64,000 nucleotides of DNA from Alphaproteobacteria bacterium (lineage in GTDB: Bacteria > Pseudomonadota > Alphaproteobacteria > RF32 > CAG-239), in the NCBI GenBank assembly GCA_016288295.1, contig JAEEYV010000046.1, positions 688 through 64,687 on the forward strand, read 5' to 3'. The notes under the pieces are model-generated. The model did not search any database. It had not been told where the DNA came from and worked only from the letters and a program-made list of their open reading frames with translations. Below are positions 29,573-39,083 of the stretch, one piece after another (positions within the stretch are counted from its first letter, which is position 1; each line of letters starts with the position of its first letter). Position numbers and translations under genes: made by a program.

Positions 29573-29754
29573 AAAAGTTATCCACAGGAATCAATTCTCA
29601 TTATTGACTTTTGCGTCGCTCCGTGCTATATGTTTTTCATAAACTGGAAGAGGTGGGTTCATAGAAGATCAACCTCTTTTTTTTTATAAAAAATATTGAC
29701 AATGTTCTATTTTTGTTCTACCTTTCATTTAAACTTATTTGAAAGGTAAACAAG

Positions 29755-29949
29755 ATGTCAAAAATAAAATTCTACAACATAATTATAATCATGTCAGTCA
29801 TCGCAACATTACTTTGTATATTAGGTATGATTGCTATCATTGATGTTTGTAAAACCAGGCATATTATATTTATGATATTTAACATGATTTTTATTGCAAC
29901 ATTTTGGGTTCTTACCATCAAAGAACATAAAGAACAAATGTCTTTATAA
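29755..29949 (+). CDS. small membrane protein (64 aa, 2 TM)
   Basis: RBS aaggtaaacaag; two hydrophobic helices. Confidence 0.4.
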   Translation: MSKIKFYNIIIIMSVIATLLCILGMIAIIDVCKTRHIIFMIFNMIFIATFWVLTIKEHKEQMSL

Positions 29950-29975
29950 TTTCCAAATAAAAAATATGGTTGTCG

Positions 29976-30047
29976 CAGAGAAGATGTTTTTATAAAACTC
30001 TTCTCTGTTTTTTGTATGCGGCAAATAACAATTTGCCGCATTTTTTG
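29976..30047 (+). terminator. two tandem stem-loops upstream of the terminase small subunit (possible late-operon terminator or antitermination target)
   Basis: cagagaag...cttctctg + T-run; gcggcaaat-aaca-atttgccgc (9-bp perfect stem) + T-run. Confidence 0.5.
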
Positions 30048-30057
30048 TGGAAAAAAT

Positions 30058-30558
30058 ATGAAACATCCCAAGGATTACAAAAAAGAATATGCTCAAAAAC
30101 TTATTGAATGGTTTCGCGATGCTCCGCTCTTCATTCAAGAAGAGCAAGAAGTTTATAACAAAAAATCCGATCGTCTGGAAACGGTGGTTAATAGGGTAGC
30201 GGCACCTTGCCCCAGCATTGTGCGTTTTGCCGATAGCCTGAATGTCAGCATCGAACGGGTTTTTTTATGGCGAGATACCGAGCCCGAATTTCGTAGTGCT
30301 TATGATCAGGCTATGCACTTTCAGGAAGAATGGTTGATGAACGCCGCCGGTCTTGGTTTTTATAACTCTTCAATGTCAATTATGGCTCTAAAAGCCAATC
30401 ATGGTTGGTCCGACAAGACCGACAAGCAAAGTTTAGATGACGAACTTAAACAAGTATTAGTGCAATTTGTTAGAACTAAAGGAGAAAACATTGAAAAAAG
30501 TAACAGCACAAATTCCGGAAATTTTTGCTCCTCTGATGACGCAGAAATACCGCATTAA
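30058..30558 (+). CDS. putative terminase small subunit
   Basis: Position immediately upstream of and overlapping TerL; size 166 aa. Confidence 0.45.
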   Translation: MKHPKDYKKEYAQKLIEWFRDAPLFIQEEQEVYNKKSDRLETVVNRVAAPCPSIVRFADSLNVSIERVFLWRDTEPEFRSAYDQAMHFQEEWLMNAAGLGFYNSSMSIMALKANHGWSDKTDKQSLDDELKQVLVQFVRTKGENIEKSNSTNSGNFCSSDDAEIPH

Positions 30559-31813
30559 ATTTTATTATGGCGGACGAGCCGGAGGCAAGAGTTATGCCTT
30601 TGCCGACAGCTTATTGTTTCTGGGCCGGCAGAAAAAATTATTGATTGCTTGTCTCCGCGAAATTCAGGACAGCATGAAAGATTCGGTTTATAAACTTCTT
30701 TGTGATCGTATCAGCCACTACGGACTTTCGGATTATAAAATTTTTGAAGACAGAATTGAAAATAAAATTACTGGTACTCGTTTTATTTTTAAAGGCTTGC
30801 GTGAGCAAGATATTCAAAAAATAAAATCCTTGGAAGGTGTAGATATTGCATGGATTGAGGAAGCCCAGACCATTACGGCATCATCGTGGAAAATACTTGA
30901 ACCGACAATTCGTAAAGACGGTTCCGAAATCTGGATTTCAATGAACCGCCTTTATGAAAATGATCCCTTGTGGAAAGCAATAGCAATTCACCCTGACAAA
31001 CGTACATTAGTTGTAAAAGTTAATTATTATGACAATCCTTTTTGTCCTGAAGAGATGAAGTTGCAAGCCGAAAAATGCCGCCGTGAACACCCTGAAAATT
31101 ACGGTCATATTTGGCTTGGTGAACCGTTATCTCAAAGCGGATGCCGTCTGATATCATCACAATCCGTCCAGCGGGCGTTTGAAAAAACTATAATATCAAC
31201 TACATCCCCGCTGGTTATAGGACTTGATATCGCTCGTTTTGGCGATGACCGTACGGTATTCTGCTTTCGTAAAGGTCGCTTATGTTATAAGTTTGAAAGT
31301 TTTGAAGCCCAGAGTAATGTTGATGTAGCCAACATTGCCACAAATTTTATTAATGAGTATAAGCCACGACGTATTTTTATGGATATTGGCGGGCAGGGTG
31401 CCGGAGTTTTTGATATTTTGAAAGACCGCGGATTTGGAGAGATAATCCGCGGTATTTATTTTGGTGAAAAGGCAATTAAGTCCGACCGTTATTTTAATCG
31501 TCGTGCCGAGATGTGGAACAAAATCGCTCATTGGCTTGAGGAAAGTCCACAACCACAGCTTGTCGAAGATGATGAGCTTTTTAATGAACTTATCAGCGTT
31601 GATAAAAAATACGACAACCGTGGTCGTTTGATGTTGGAAAATAAGGATGAAATCAAGAAAAAACTCGGTCGTTCACCGGATAAAGCCGATGCTTTGGCTC
31701 TGACTTTTGCCGAGCCGATATATGACTATGGAATTCCTAAATTATACAACAGCGGAACAATCAGCGTTGAAGACATTTTTAAGTATCAGGCACGCCGCCA
31801 CGAAGGCTGGTGA
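30467..31813 (+). CDS. terminase large subunit
   Basis: N-terminal ATPase YYGGRAGGKSYAF (Walker A) followed by nuclease-type C-terminal half; 448 aa. Confidence 0.85.
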   Translation: MLELKEKTLKKVTAQIPEIFAPLMTQKYRIKFYYGGRAGGKSYAFADSLLFLGRQKKLLIACLREIQDSMKDSVYKLLCDRISHYGLSDYKIFEDRIENKITGTRFIFKGLREQDIQKIKSLEGVDIAWIEEAQTITASSWKILEPTIRKDGSEIWISMNRLYENDPLWKAIAIHPDKRTLVVKVNYYDNPFCPEEMKLQAEKCRREHPENYGHIWLGEPLSQSGCRLISSQSVQRAFEKTIISTTSPLVIGLDIARFGDDRTVFCFRKGRLCYKFESFEAQSNVDVANIATNFINEYKPRRIFMDIGGQGAGVFDILKDRGFGEIIRGIYFGEKAIKSDRYFNRRAEMWNKIAHWLEESPQPQLVEDDELFNELISVDKKYDNRGRLMLENKDEIKKKLGRSPDKADALALTFAEPIYDYGIPKLYNSGTISVEDIFKYQARRHEGW

Positions 31814-31845
31814 GTTTTAATCATATTTATGAAAGGAAAAAAACA

Positions 31846-32103
31846 ATGATACAAGCGGTAACGGATCGGGTTTTTATCAAACTCCCGCCCCAAAAAGAAA
31901 CTACCGACGGAGGAATAATAATTCCTAATGACAGACCTAATGAACGCACAATCGGTGAGGTTATTTCGGTTGGCGAAAAAGTTCATTCGGTAAAAGTCGG
32001 AGATAAAGTATTTTTCCATGTTTTTGATGATCTTCCCGGACCGTCAGAAGATGTGATTGTAGTAAGAGAAAACAGTATTTTAGGAGTAATTGAAAATGAG
32101 TAA
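31846..32103 (+). CDS. phage-encoded GroES-like co-chaperonin
   Basis: RVFIKL..ETTDGGIIIP...GEVISVG...VKVGDKVFF...ILGVIE matches the Hsp10 mobile-loop and beta-barrel pattern. Confidence 0.6.
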   Translation: MIQAVTDRVFIKLPPQKETTDGGIIIPNDRPNERTIGEVISVGEKVHSVKVGDKVFFHVFDDLPGPSEDVIVVRENSILGVIENE

Positions 32104-33889
32104 CAAAACACAACGAGAGCAAGTAGATGCCTGGCTTGAAAAAATTGCCGCGGCAGAAAAAATTTACCAACCGTATTATGATCTAATTAATGAAACCCGT
32201 AGTTTCTACAAAGACAGTCGTCATCGTCGTGCCGGTAATTATAATATTTTCTGGTCAACGATAGAAACTTTAAAACCGTTTTTATATTTCAAACAGCCCC
32301 AATTTTATATTGAACGTCAAAATAAAAGTTCTGATGCAGTTGAAAGAGCTGCTTGCACCATATTGGAAAAAGCTCTGCTTTGGAATATGAGTCAATTTGA
32401 TTTTGATAGCGTAATTAAATATGCCCGTAATGATTTTTTGATTTCCGGAACCGGTCTGGTTTGGGAACAATATGTCCCCGAATTTGCCGAAGTTCCCAAT
32501 CCGGTAAATCCCGAAGAAAATATTTCCGTAAAAGTTGATGAGAATGTTGAAACAGTCTACGTTGATCCCAAAGACTTTTTGGCTGATTGTGATCAAAAAG
32601 GCGTGTGGGAAGATGTTGAATGGATTGCCCGCCGCATATACATGAGCGCAGACGACGTTGTTCAAACATTTAATGCACCGGATATCATACAGCAGGGAGA
32701 TATTTGCGTTTATGAAATTTGGGATAGAAAGACACGTACGGTTTATTGGCTTTCCAGAGCCTGTCCGAACCGTTTTCTAAAAATAAATTCCAATGTTCAA
32801 AGCACCAAAAATTTCTTTCCTTGCCCCAAACCTATCTGGTCAACCCAAACCAACGACAGCATTATTCCGACTCCGGATTATTGCCTGATAAAAGAAATGC
32901 TTAATGAACTAAACGGTATAAACAGCCGTATGCGTATGACCATGCAAGCCCTGAAAATCAGCGGCGCGTACGACAACTCTTTTCCCGAATTAGCAGATAT
33001 CTTAAGTAAAGATGTTACCCTTATTTCAGTCAATGACTTTTCACGTTTACGTGATAGCGGTGGTATTCGCGGTATTATTGATTTTGTTCCGCTTGAGCAA
33101 TATATATCAGCGCTTGAACAATTATCAGTACGTCGTCAGGAGGTAATTAATAGTATTTTTGAAATTACCGGCGTATCAGACATTATGCGTGGTAATTCTG
33201 ACGGTAACGAAACTGCTACCGCCATTGTCAAAAAAACAAATTTTGGAACATTGCGTAACCAAGATCGTCAGAATGATATGCAACGTTTTATACGCGATTT
33301 ATTGCGTATAAAGGCCGAAATAATTTGCGAATATTTTTCACCCGACAAATTAAAATCATTTTTACCCGAAGAAATAAAACAAAATGAAGAACTGGCTCAG
33401 GCTGCCGTCAGTCTGCTTAAGCAAGAAAAATTACGTGGTATGATGTTTAGTGTCGAAACTACCAACATCTTGAATCAAACCGAGGAAAATACCGCAACCA
33501 TATCAGCTGTTGAAAGTATAAGTCATCTTGTACAAGATGCTTTGATTAATGTTACCCAACAGCCCAAATTATTGCCACTTTACCGCAGTATGGTTGAGGC
33601 TGTAGTTTCAACCATGCCTCGTGCCCGTTGTTTTGAAACAGTTTTGGAGCGCGTTTTCACCGATATTGAACAAGAGTTGTCAGCACCGGAACCTTTGCCG
33701 CAATCTAATGAGCCGACAACCGATCAAATTATTGAACTTCAGAAAAACGCTCTCAAAGATAAGGAATTAAATATTAAGGCGGCAATCGAGGCTGACAAAC
33801 TTGATTTTTCTCGTCAGGAATTACAAACCCAATCACTTAATAAGGCAAGAGAAGCCGCTGTCGAAGCCAAAAAAGCCGTAATGAGGTAA
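32090..33889 (+). CDS. putative portal protein
   Basis: 599 aa immediately after terminase; synteny. Confidence 0.55.
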   Translation: MKMSNKTQREQVDAWLEKIAAAEKIYQPYYDLINETRSFYKDSRHRRAGNYNIFWSTIETLKPFLYFKQPQFYIERQNKSSDAVERAACTILEKALLWNMSQFDFDSVIKYARNDFLISGTGLVWEQYVPEFAEVPNPVNPEENISVKVDENVETVYVDPKDFLADCDQKGVWEDVEWIARRIYMSADDVVQTFNAPDIIQQGDICVYEIWDRKTRTVYWLSRACPNRFLKINSNVQSTKNFFPCPKPIWSTQTNDSIIPTPDYCLIKEMLNELNGINSRMRMTMQALKISGAYDNSFPELADILSKDVTLISVNDFSRLRDSGGIRGIIDFVPLEQYISALEQLSVRRQEVINSIFEITGVSDIMRGNSDGNETATAIVKKTNFGTLRNQDRQNDMQRFIRDLLRIKAEIICEYFSPDKLKSFLPEEIKQNEELAQAAVSLLKQEKLRGMMFSVETTNILNQTEENTATISAVESISHLVQDALINVTQQPKLLPLYRSMVEAVVSTMPRARCFETVLERVFTDIEQELSAPEPLPQSNEPTTDQIIELQKNALKDKELNIKAAIEADKLDFSRQELQTQSLNKAREAAVEAKKAVMR

Positions 33890-33891
33890 CT

Positions 33892-34143
33892 ATGACTTAT
33901 TTCAACAAACAATGGACGGAAGAACTTGTTCTTCCCGATGGAACTATTGCCGTCTGTGTTCAAGATGTTGACCGTTATTTACGTGCCAACAATCTGAGCG
34001 TTGCCGGTGATTATTCGGATGCCTTCCGCCGGACAGTAAGATATAACCGGGAACAGGCGCTTCGCAAAGATTTTTTTGCGGAATTTATCAATAATTATAA
34101 AAGGAGAATATGGAATGCAACAAACCACAAGAGAACTTCTTGA
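33892..34143 (+). CDS. hypothetical phage protein (83 aa)
   Basis: ORF between portal and scaffold. Confidence 0.4.
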   Translation: MTYFNKQWTEELVLPDGTIAVCVQDVDRYLRANNLSVAGDYSDAFRRTVRYNREQALRKDFFAEFINNYKRRIWNATNHKRTS

Positions 34144-34810
34144 ACAGGAGTTTGCCAAGCACAGCGATATGATTTCGCCGACAAACGAAATTCCCGCTGT
34201 TGTTGTTTCTGATGAGCAGTTTGCAGAAGCTCCCGAAGCATATGTTGGAGAAATTCGTGAACTGTTTAAAGGATTACCTCTGGAGGTTCGCAAATATCTG
34301 TATACCAGAGAGGGCGAATTTTCAAAGTCGCTTGAAGAACTTAACGCCGAGGTCAACGCCCGGCGTTTTATTGATGATGCCTTTAATTCAAAAGGCTCAA
34401 AAAGAGGTTTCAAAAACGCCCGAGAGTGGATTGAACACCTTATTTTGGCCGAAGATTTAATTGAGCAAAATCCGGCCGCTGTCTTGCAGTTTTTGGCTCG
34501 TGTATATGGTATTGATATGGGACAGACTGCTAATGCGGATACAGCACATTTCTGTGCTGAAACCAATGCCAAAACAGATGCAGTATTAAATGGCATAAAT
34601 ATGCTGATTGAAAGTGTATCAGCCTTGCACGCTGCATTTGAAGATAAAAATAAACACGAGGCGGAGCTTTTGGCAAAAGCCGAAGAAGCAAAGGCGGCAA
34701 AAGATGCCGCTTTTTCTGTAACCGGACATCGTAGTTCCGATGACGATTACAGTGGTCTTACTACAAGACAAATTCTTGAACGCCAATTTGCACAATTGGA
34801 TGAACAATAA
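34115..34810 (+). CDS. putative scaffolding protein
   Basis: Acidic, coiled-coil-prone, Ala/Glu/Lys-rich; RBS aaggag 8 nt before ATG 34115; located before the capsid gene. Confidence 0.5.
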   Translation: MQQTTRELLEQEFAKHSDMISPTNEIPAVVVSDEQFAEAPEAYVGEIRELFKGLPLEVRKYLYTREGEFSKSLEELNAEVNARRFIDDAFNSKGSKRGFKNAREWIEHLILAEDLIEQNPAAVLQFLARVYGIDMGQTANADTAHFCAETNAKTDAVLNGINMLIESVSALHAAFEDKNKHEAELLAKAEEAKAAKDAAFSVTGHRSSDDDYSGLTTRQILERQFAQLDEQ

Positions 34811-34833
34811 CCAGATCTAAAAGGAAAAAACAC

Positions 34834-35820
34834 ATGGCTAATAATGATTATAATGATATTTTTACAACCACACTCACCAGCCGCAGTGGTCAGCTTGCCG
34901 ATGCCGTTTCCAACAACAACGCATTGTTAAAACGTCTGCAGGAAAAAGGGCATAACCGCATGCTTGCCGGCGGTTCAAAAATTATTGAAGAACTCGAATA
35001 TGGCGAAGGAGATTTGTCATGGTATTCAGGATATGATACCATCACCTACACTCCCAAACAGTTGTTCAGTGCTGCCGAATATTCGTTGAAACTCTGCGCC
35101 GTTCCGGTAGCTATTTCCGGTGAAGAATTGCTTAAAAACTCTGGTCAATATCAGATGATTGACTTGTTTGAAAAACGCATTGAAAACGCTGTCAAAACCA
35201 TGAGCAATAAAATGGCCGAAGCTGTTTATAGCGATGGTACCGGATCTAATGGTAAATCAATCGGCGGTTTAAGTTTGTTGGTAGCCGATTTCCCGAGCAG
35301 CGGTACTGTCGGTAACATCAACCGTGCTACTGCGGGTAACGAATTTTGGCGTAACAAAGCCACAGAACTTACCGGAACCATTACTTCAGACAGCTTGCGT
35401 TCGGCAATGGATTCAATGTATATGTCATTGACCCGTGGTATTGATAAACCTGATTTGATTGTTACTGGCAATGATTGGTATTCATTGTTTGAACAATCAT
35501 TGACAGCTCAACAGCGTTTTGTTGATACCAGATTGGCTGATGCCGGTTTTGAGGCTTTGCGCTTTAAAGGTGCGGATGTTGTTTGTGACGGCGGACAAGG
35601 CGGTTGTTGCCCCGACGGCAAAATGTATTTTCTCAACACCAATTATCTGTATTTGCGTACTCATAAAGACCGCAATATGAAAGTAATCGGCGGTGAGAGA
35701 ATGTCAGTTAACCAAGATGCCATCTACAAAATCATTGGTTGGGCCGGTAACTTAACAATGTCCAATGCAGCTTTGCAAGGCGTTGTATTTACTGATACTA
35801 CTTCGTCAGAAGGTGAATAA
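34834..35820 (+). CDS. putative major capsid protein
   Basis: 328 aa after scaffold; followed by a strong GNRA-loop terminator. Confidence 0.55.
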   Translation: MANNDYNDIFTTTLTSRSGQLADAVSNNNALLKRLQEKGHNRMLAGGSKIIEELEYGEGDLSWYSGYDTITYTPKQLFSAAEYSLKLCAVPVAISGEELLKNSGQYQMIDLFEKRIENAVKTMSNKMAEAVYSDGTGSNGKSIGGLSLLVADFPSSGTVGNINRATAGNEFWRNKATELTGTITSDSLRSAMDSMYMSLTRGIDKPDLIVTGNDWYSLFEQSLTAQQRFVDTRLADAGFEALRFKGADVVCDGGQGGCCPDGKMYFLNTNYLYLRTHKDRNMKVIGGERMSVNQDAIYKIIGWAGNLTMSNAALQGVVFTDTTSSEGE

Positions 35821-35828
35821 TTAAGCAG

Positions 35829-35855
35829 GCGGCGTCAGCAATGACGCCGCTTTTT
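35829..35855 (+). terminator. rho-independent terminator (GCAA tetraloop)
   Basis: 9-bp stem gcggcgtca/tgacgccgc, loop gcaa, T5. Confidence 0.75.
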
Positions 35856-35870
35856 ACTAAGGAGACAGCA

Positions 35871-36455
35871 ATGGATTTTTCAACATTTGAAAAAGTAATA
35901 CATAACAACCAATCGGAAGAAGGGGTAATTGCCCGTTTTTATGATCAAGCAGTAAAAACCTCTCAAATAACCAAAGACGGTCTACCCAAATTTAAATTGG
36001 TTTGTTTTTGTGAAATACGCATAAAAGATAATAGTTCCGAAGTTTATAATCAACCGGCGACACCAGATAAAATCAGACGTTTTCCAAATGAATATGCTCG
36101 TTATAAACAGGCTAAAAAATGTGCGGAAGAAGGTACACCGCTGGAGCAATTTGCATTTTTAGATGCAGCTGAAATTGCCGGTCTGAAAGTGCGTGGAATT
36201 TACACGGTTGAACACCTTACAAAACTTGATGCCGCCCATGCCGAAGAGCTCGGTATTACTAAAGAACGAGAATTGGCAATTAAATTTGTTGAACAGGCCA
36301 AAGGCAATGCATTGCTGGTAGAATGGCAGAAAAAAGAACAAGAATACCAAAAGCGCATTAAAGAACTTGAAGCAAAAGTTGAAAATCTGCAACAACCCAA
36401 AAAAATAAGGAGCAAAGATGAAAAACATACTCGAAATATGTCAAGACGCAGCTAA
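35871..36455 (+). CDS. hypothetical phage structural protein (195 aa)
   Basis: RBS taaggag; coiled-coil C-terminus; the track start at 35841 lies inside the terminator stem. Confidence 0.45.
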   Translation: MDFSTFEKVIHNNQSEEGVIARFYDQAVKTSQITKDGLPKFKLVCFCEIRIKDNSSEVYNQPATPDKIRRFPNEYARYKQAKKCAEEGTPLEQFAFLDAAEIAGLKVRGIYTVEHLTKLDAAHAEELGITKERELAIKFVEQAKGNALLVEWQKKEQEYQKRIKELEAKVENLQQPKKIRSKDEKHTRNMSRRS

Positions 36456-37125
36456 TTTGGCGTGCGTTCAAGAGCCGCAAAGTTTATTCAACAACAGCAG
36501 CCAAAACAATCGTGTTTTTTTGAGTATTGCTAAGGATGCGTTGAATGGACTTTTACGTTACGGAGATTGGCAAGAACTAACTAAAGACGGTGAATTGGTA
36601 ACCGCCAAGGATAAAACCGACTATCTTATCAGAAGCTTTTGTCCCGACTTTTTTCAACTGTTGAACAATACCGTATATATTAAAGATGCACATGAAAAAG
36701 TAATCGGTTCAATCCGTCCAGAACAATGGCAGCATGAAAAATATTTTCATAGCGATGATAACACTATCAAATTTAAAATTCAAAATTCGATGTTTCGTTT
36801 TCTAACGCCACCACCCGAAGGCATAAAAATTGTTTTTCAATATCGCTCATCAGTAGTTGCATATGAAGAAGGAATGTTTACCGAAAAAACCGAAATAACG
36901 AAAGATACCGATATTCCGGTTTTTGATGAATATTTAGTAAAGCTTGCTATTCGTTGGCGTCTTCAGGCCCGTAATGGTTTGGCATATCAAGAAGAATTTT
37001 TGGAATACGAAAATGAATGTCGCAAACGTTTCGGTTCAACTCTTGCCACTAAAGATATACACCTGGGCGGAGGCATTGATTGTATGTCAGATGGAGGAAT
37101 AGCCTATGTTAAACAGAGCATTTAG
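36418..37125 (+). CDS. hypothetical phage structural protein (235 aa)
   Basis: Overlapping operon architecture. Confidence 0.45.
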   Translation: MKNILEICQDAANLACVQEPQSLFNNSSQNNRVFLSIAKDALNGLLRYGDWQELTKDGELVTAKDKTDYLIRSFCPDFFQLLNNTVYIKDAHEKVIGSIRPEQWQHEKYFHSDDNTIKFKIQNSMFRFLTPPPEGIKIVFQYRSSVVAYEEGMFTEKTEITKDTDIPVFDEYLVKLAIRWRLQARNGLAYQEEFLEYENECRKRFGSTLATKDIHLGGGIDCMSDGGIAYVKQSI

Positions 37126-38653
37126 TCGTTCACAAAATTATATTTTACCGGCTCCTGTCGGAGGACTAAACTGTCGCGACAGCCTTGATAATATGTCCGA
37201 AACTGATGCCATTATAATGGATAATTATTATCCATCGGAAACCAATGTTTGTCTACGTGGCGGTTATAAAATATACGCTTTAGAGGGACTAGGACTAAAG
37301 GTCGAAAGCCTTATAACTTTTTCCTCTCCTCAAAATAAACGTATGTTTGCTGCCGCCAATGGCAAAATTATTGATATAACATCTGATAATTATACTGTCG
37401 ATGTTGATAATCTTTATGCAAATAATTGGAATTATGTTCAATTTCGCAATCGTCTTCTTTTGGTCAACGGTATGGACAATCCCTTAACTTATTTCAAAGA
37501 CGGAAACGATGTTTGGACATGGCAACAAACCAATATTGCCGGCGAAGGACTTAATATACGTAATTTATCTAATGTAGCTGTTTCTAAGCAACGTGTTTTT
37601 TATGTTGAAAAAGGTTCTTTAACTTATTGGTATTCATCCAATGTCGGAGAAGTCGAAGGCGTTCTTAATAGTGTTGATCTGTCATCACTAATCAGTCGCG
37701 GTGGCAGCCTTGCTGCCATAGCCTGTTGGACACAGGACGGCGGACAGGGAATAGACGATTTAACAGTTTTTATTACTACTGAAGGAGAAGTTTTGGTGTA
37801 TTCGGGAACTAATCCCGGTAATGCCGATAACTGGTCTTTGCGGGGCAAATATTTTATCAGCCGTCCAATAGGCAATCATTGTGTGATGCAATATCAGGGC
37901 GACATAATTGTAATCTGTGAAGACGGGTATCTTCCTTTGTCATCTGTACTTCCGTTGGGTGAAAGTTCTATAGGCAAAACCGCTTATAGTGATAAGATAA
38001 GAGGATTAGTTCTATCTCGTGTTAGAACAGGAAAAAATATTGCTGGTTGGCAAAGTATCATTTACCCTCGTGGCGGTTATGTTTTATTCAATGTTCCAGT
38101 TGGTGGACAGTTTGAACAACATGTAATTAATATGAGCTCCGGCGCTTGGTGCAGATTTACCAATATATATTCACTTTGTTGGTGCTTGTTTGAAGGCCGT
38201 CTATACTTTGGCTCTGATGGTGGTGTCTATTTGTTTGATGAAGGTCACTCCGACAACGGTGTTGCAATTTGTGGTAATGTTCACCAAGCCTATTGTTCGT
38301 TGGGTACATTAAATCTCAAAAAGATTCAAATGCTCAATCCTCGAACCAAAAGTTCAGCAATCTTCGGATTAAACATTTATACCAATATGGATTTTGATGA
38401 TAAAGAGCAAGATTATTCCGAGAATATTGGCGAAAGCGCAGGCACCAAGTGGAACAAAAGTAAATGGAGCAGTCTTGAACATCCTATAGGAACCAAATGG
38501 TCAACCCTCAAAGGTATTGTGCGCAGTCAATGGATATCCAATAATGCCACGGGATTTAAGGCCTCTCTTGTATTCAAAACCAAAACTAAAGGCAATCTTA
38601 TTGAGTGGTATAATACCGGTTTTCGTTTTGAGCAAGGAGCAGGCATTGTCTAA
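37106..38653 (+). CDS. putative tail/adaptor protein (515 aa)
   Basis: Largest structural gene after the capsid module; no tape-measure-sized gene in the cluster, suggesting a short-tailed morphology. Confidence 0.4.
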   Translation: MLNRAFSRSQNYILPAPVGGLNCRDSLDNMSETDAIIMDNYYPSETNVCLRGGYKIYALEGLGLKVESLITFSSPQNKRMFAAANGKIIDITSDNYTVDVDNLYANNWNYVQFRNRLLLVNGMDNPLTYFKDGNDVWTWQQTNIAGEGLNIRNLSNVAVSKQRVFYVEKGSLTYWYSSNVGEVEGVLNSVDLSSLISRGGSLAAIACWTQDGGQGIDDLTVFITTEGEVLVYSGTNPGNADNWSLRGKYFISRPIGNHCVMQYQGDIIVICEDGYLPLSSVLPLGESSIGKTAYSDKIRGLVLSRVRTGKNIAGWQSIIYPRGGYVLFNVPVGGQFEQHVINMSSGAWCRFTNIYSLCWCLFEGRLYFGSDGGVYLFDEGHSDNGVAICGNVHQAYCSLGTLNLKKIQMLNPRTKSSAIFGLNIYTNMDFDDKEQDYSENIGESAGTKWNKSKWSSLEHPIGTKWSTLKGIVRSQWISNNATGFKASLVFKTKTKGNLIEWYNTGFRFEQGAGIV

Positions 38654-39071
38654 CATAATTTATGATTGTAGCGGGCGGATTGCTCGTTATGTTGCTGGTG
38701 GTTTAAGGCTTGAACCTGACGAACTGTTGAAAGGTTTTTCATTTGCAATTTTACACAATAATAAACTTGTCGGAGGTGTAGCATTTAGTGATTATCATCC
38801 CGATGATTCAGCATGGATAAGTATTTATACAACAGACAAACATTGGTGTACGGCAATTTGTTTAAAGCAAATTTTCGGCATAGCTTTTAATGTTTTAAAT
38901 TGTCGTCGTATCAATGCTCTTATACGTTCGGATAACCATGCCTCAATTTCATTAGCAACCAGATGCGGTTTTGTTTTTGAAGGCAAAATGCGCAAATATT
39001 TTTCAACCGGTCAAGATGCCTTAATTTTAGGTATGTTGGCTTCAGAATGTAAATTTATCAATCATCAATAA
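38647..39071 (+). CDS. GNAT family N-acetyltransferase (moron)
   Basis: Conserved GNAT core (..LVGGVAFSDY.., ..RINALIRSDNHASISLATRCGF..); likely non-ATG start overlapping upstream stop. Confidence 0.55.
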
Positions 39072-39083
39072 CAGGAGAAAATC

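Noticed and set aside
33979-34596. 205-aa minus-strand ORF
   Set aside because: It is antisense to the scaffold gene in a tightly packed unidirectional phage late operon.
35841-35870. Upstream ATG start for the gene after the capsid terminator
   Set aside because: The ATG at 35841 lies in the 3' arm of the terminator stem. The downstream ATG at 35871 has a canonical SD (taaggag).
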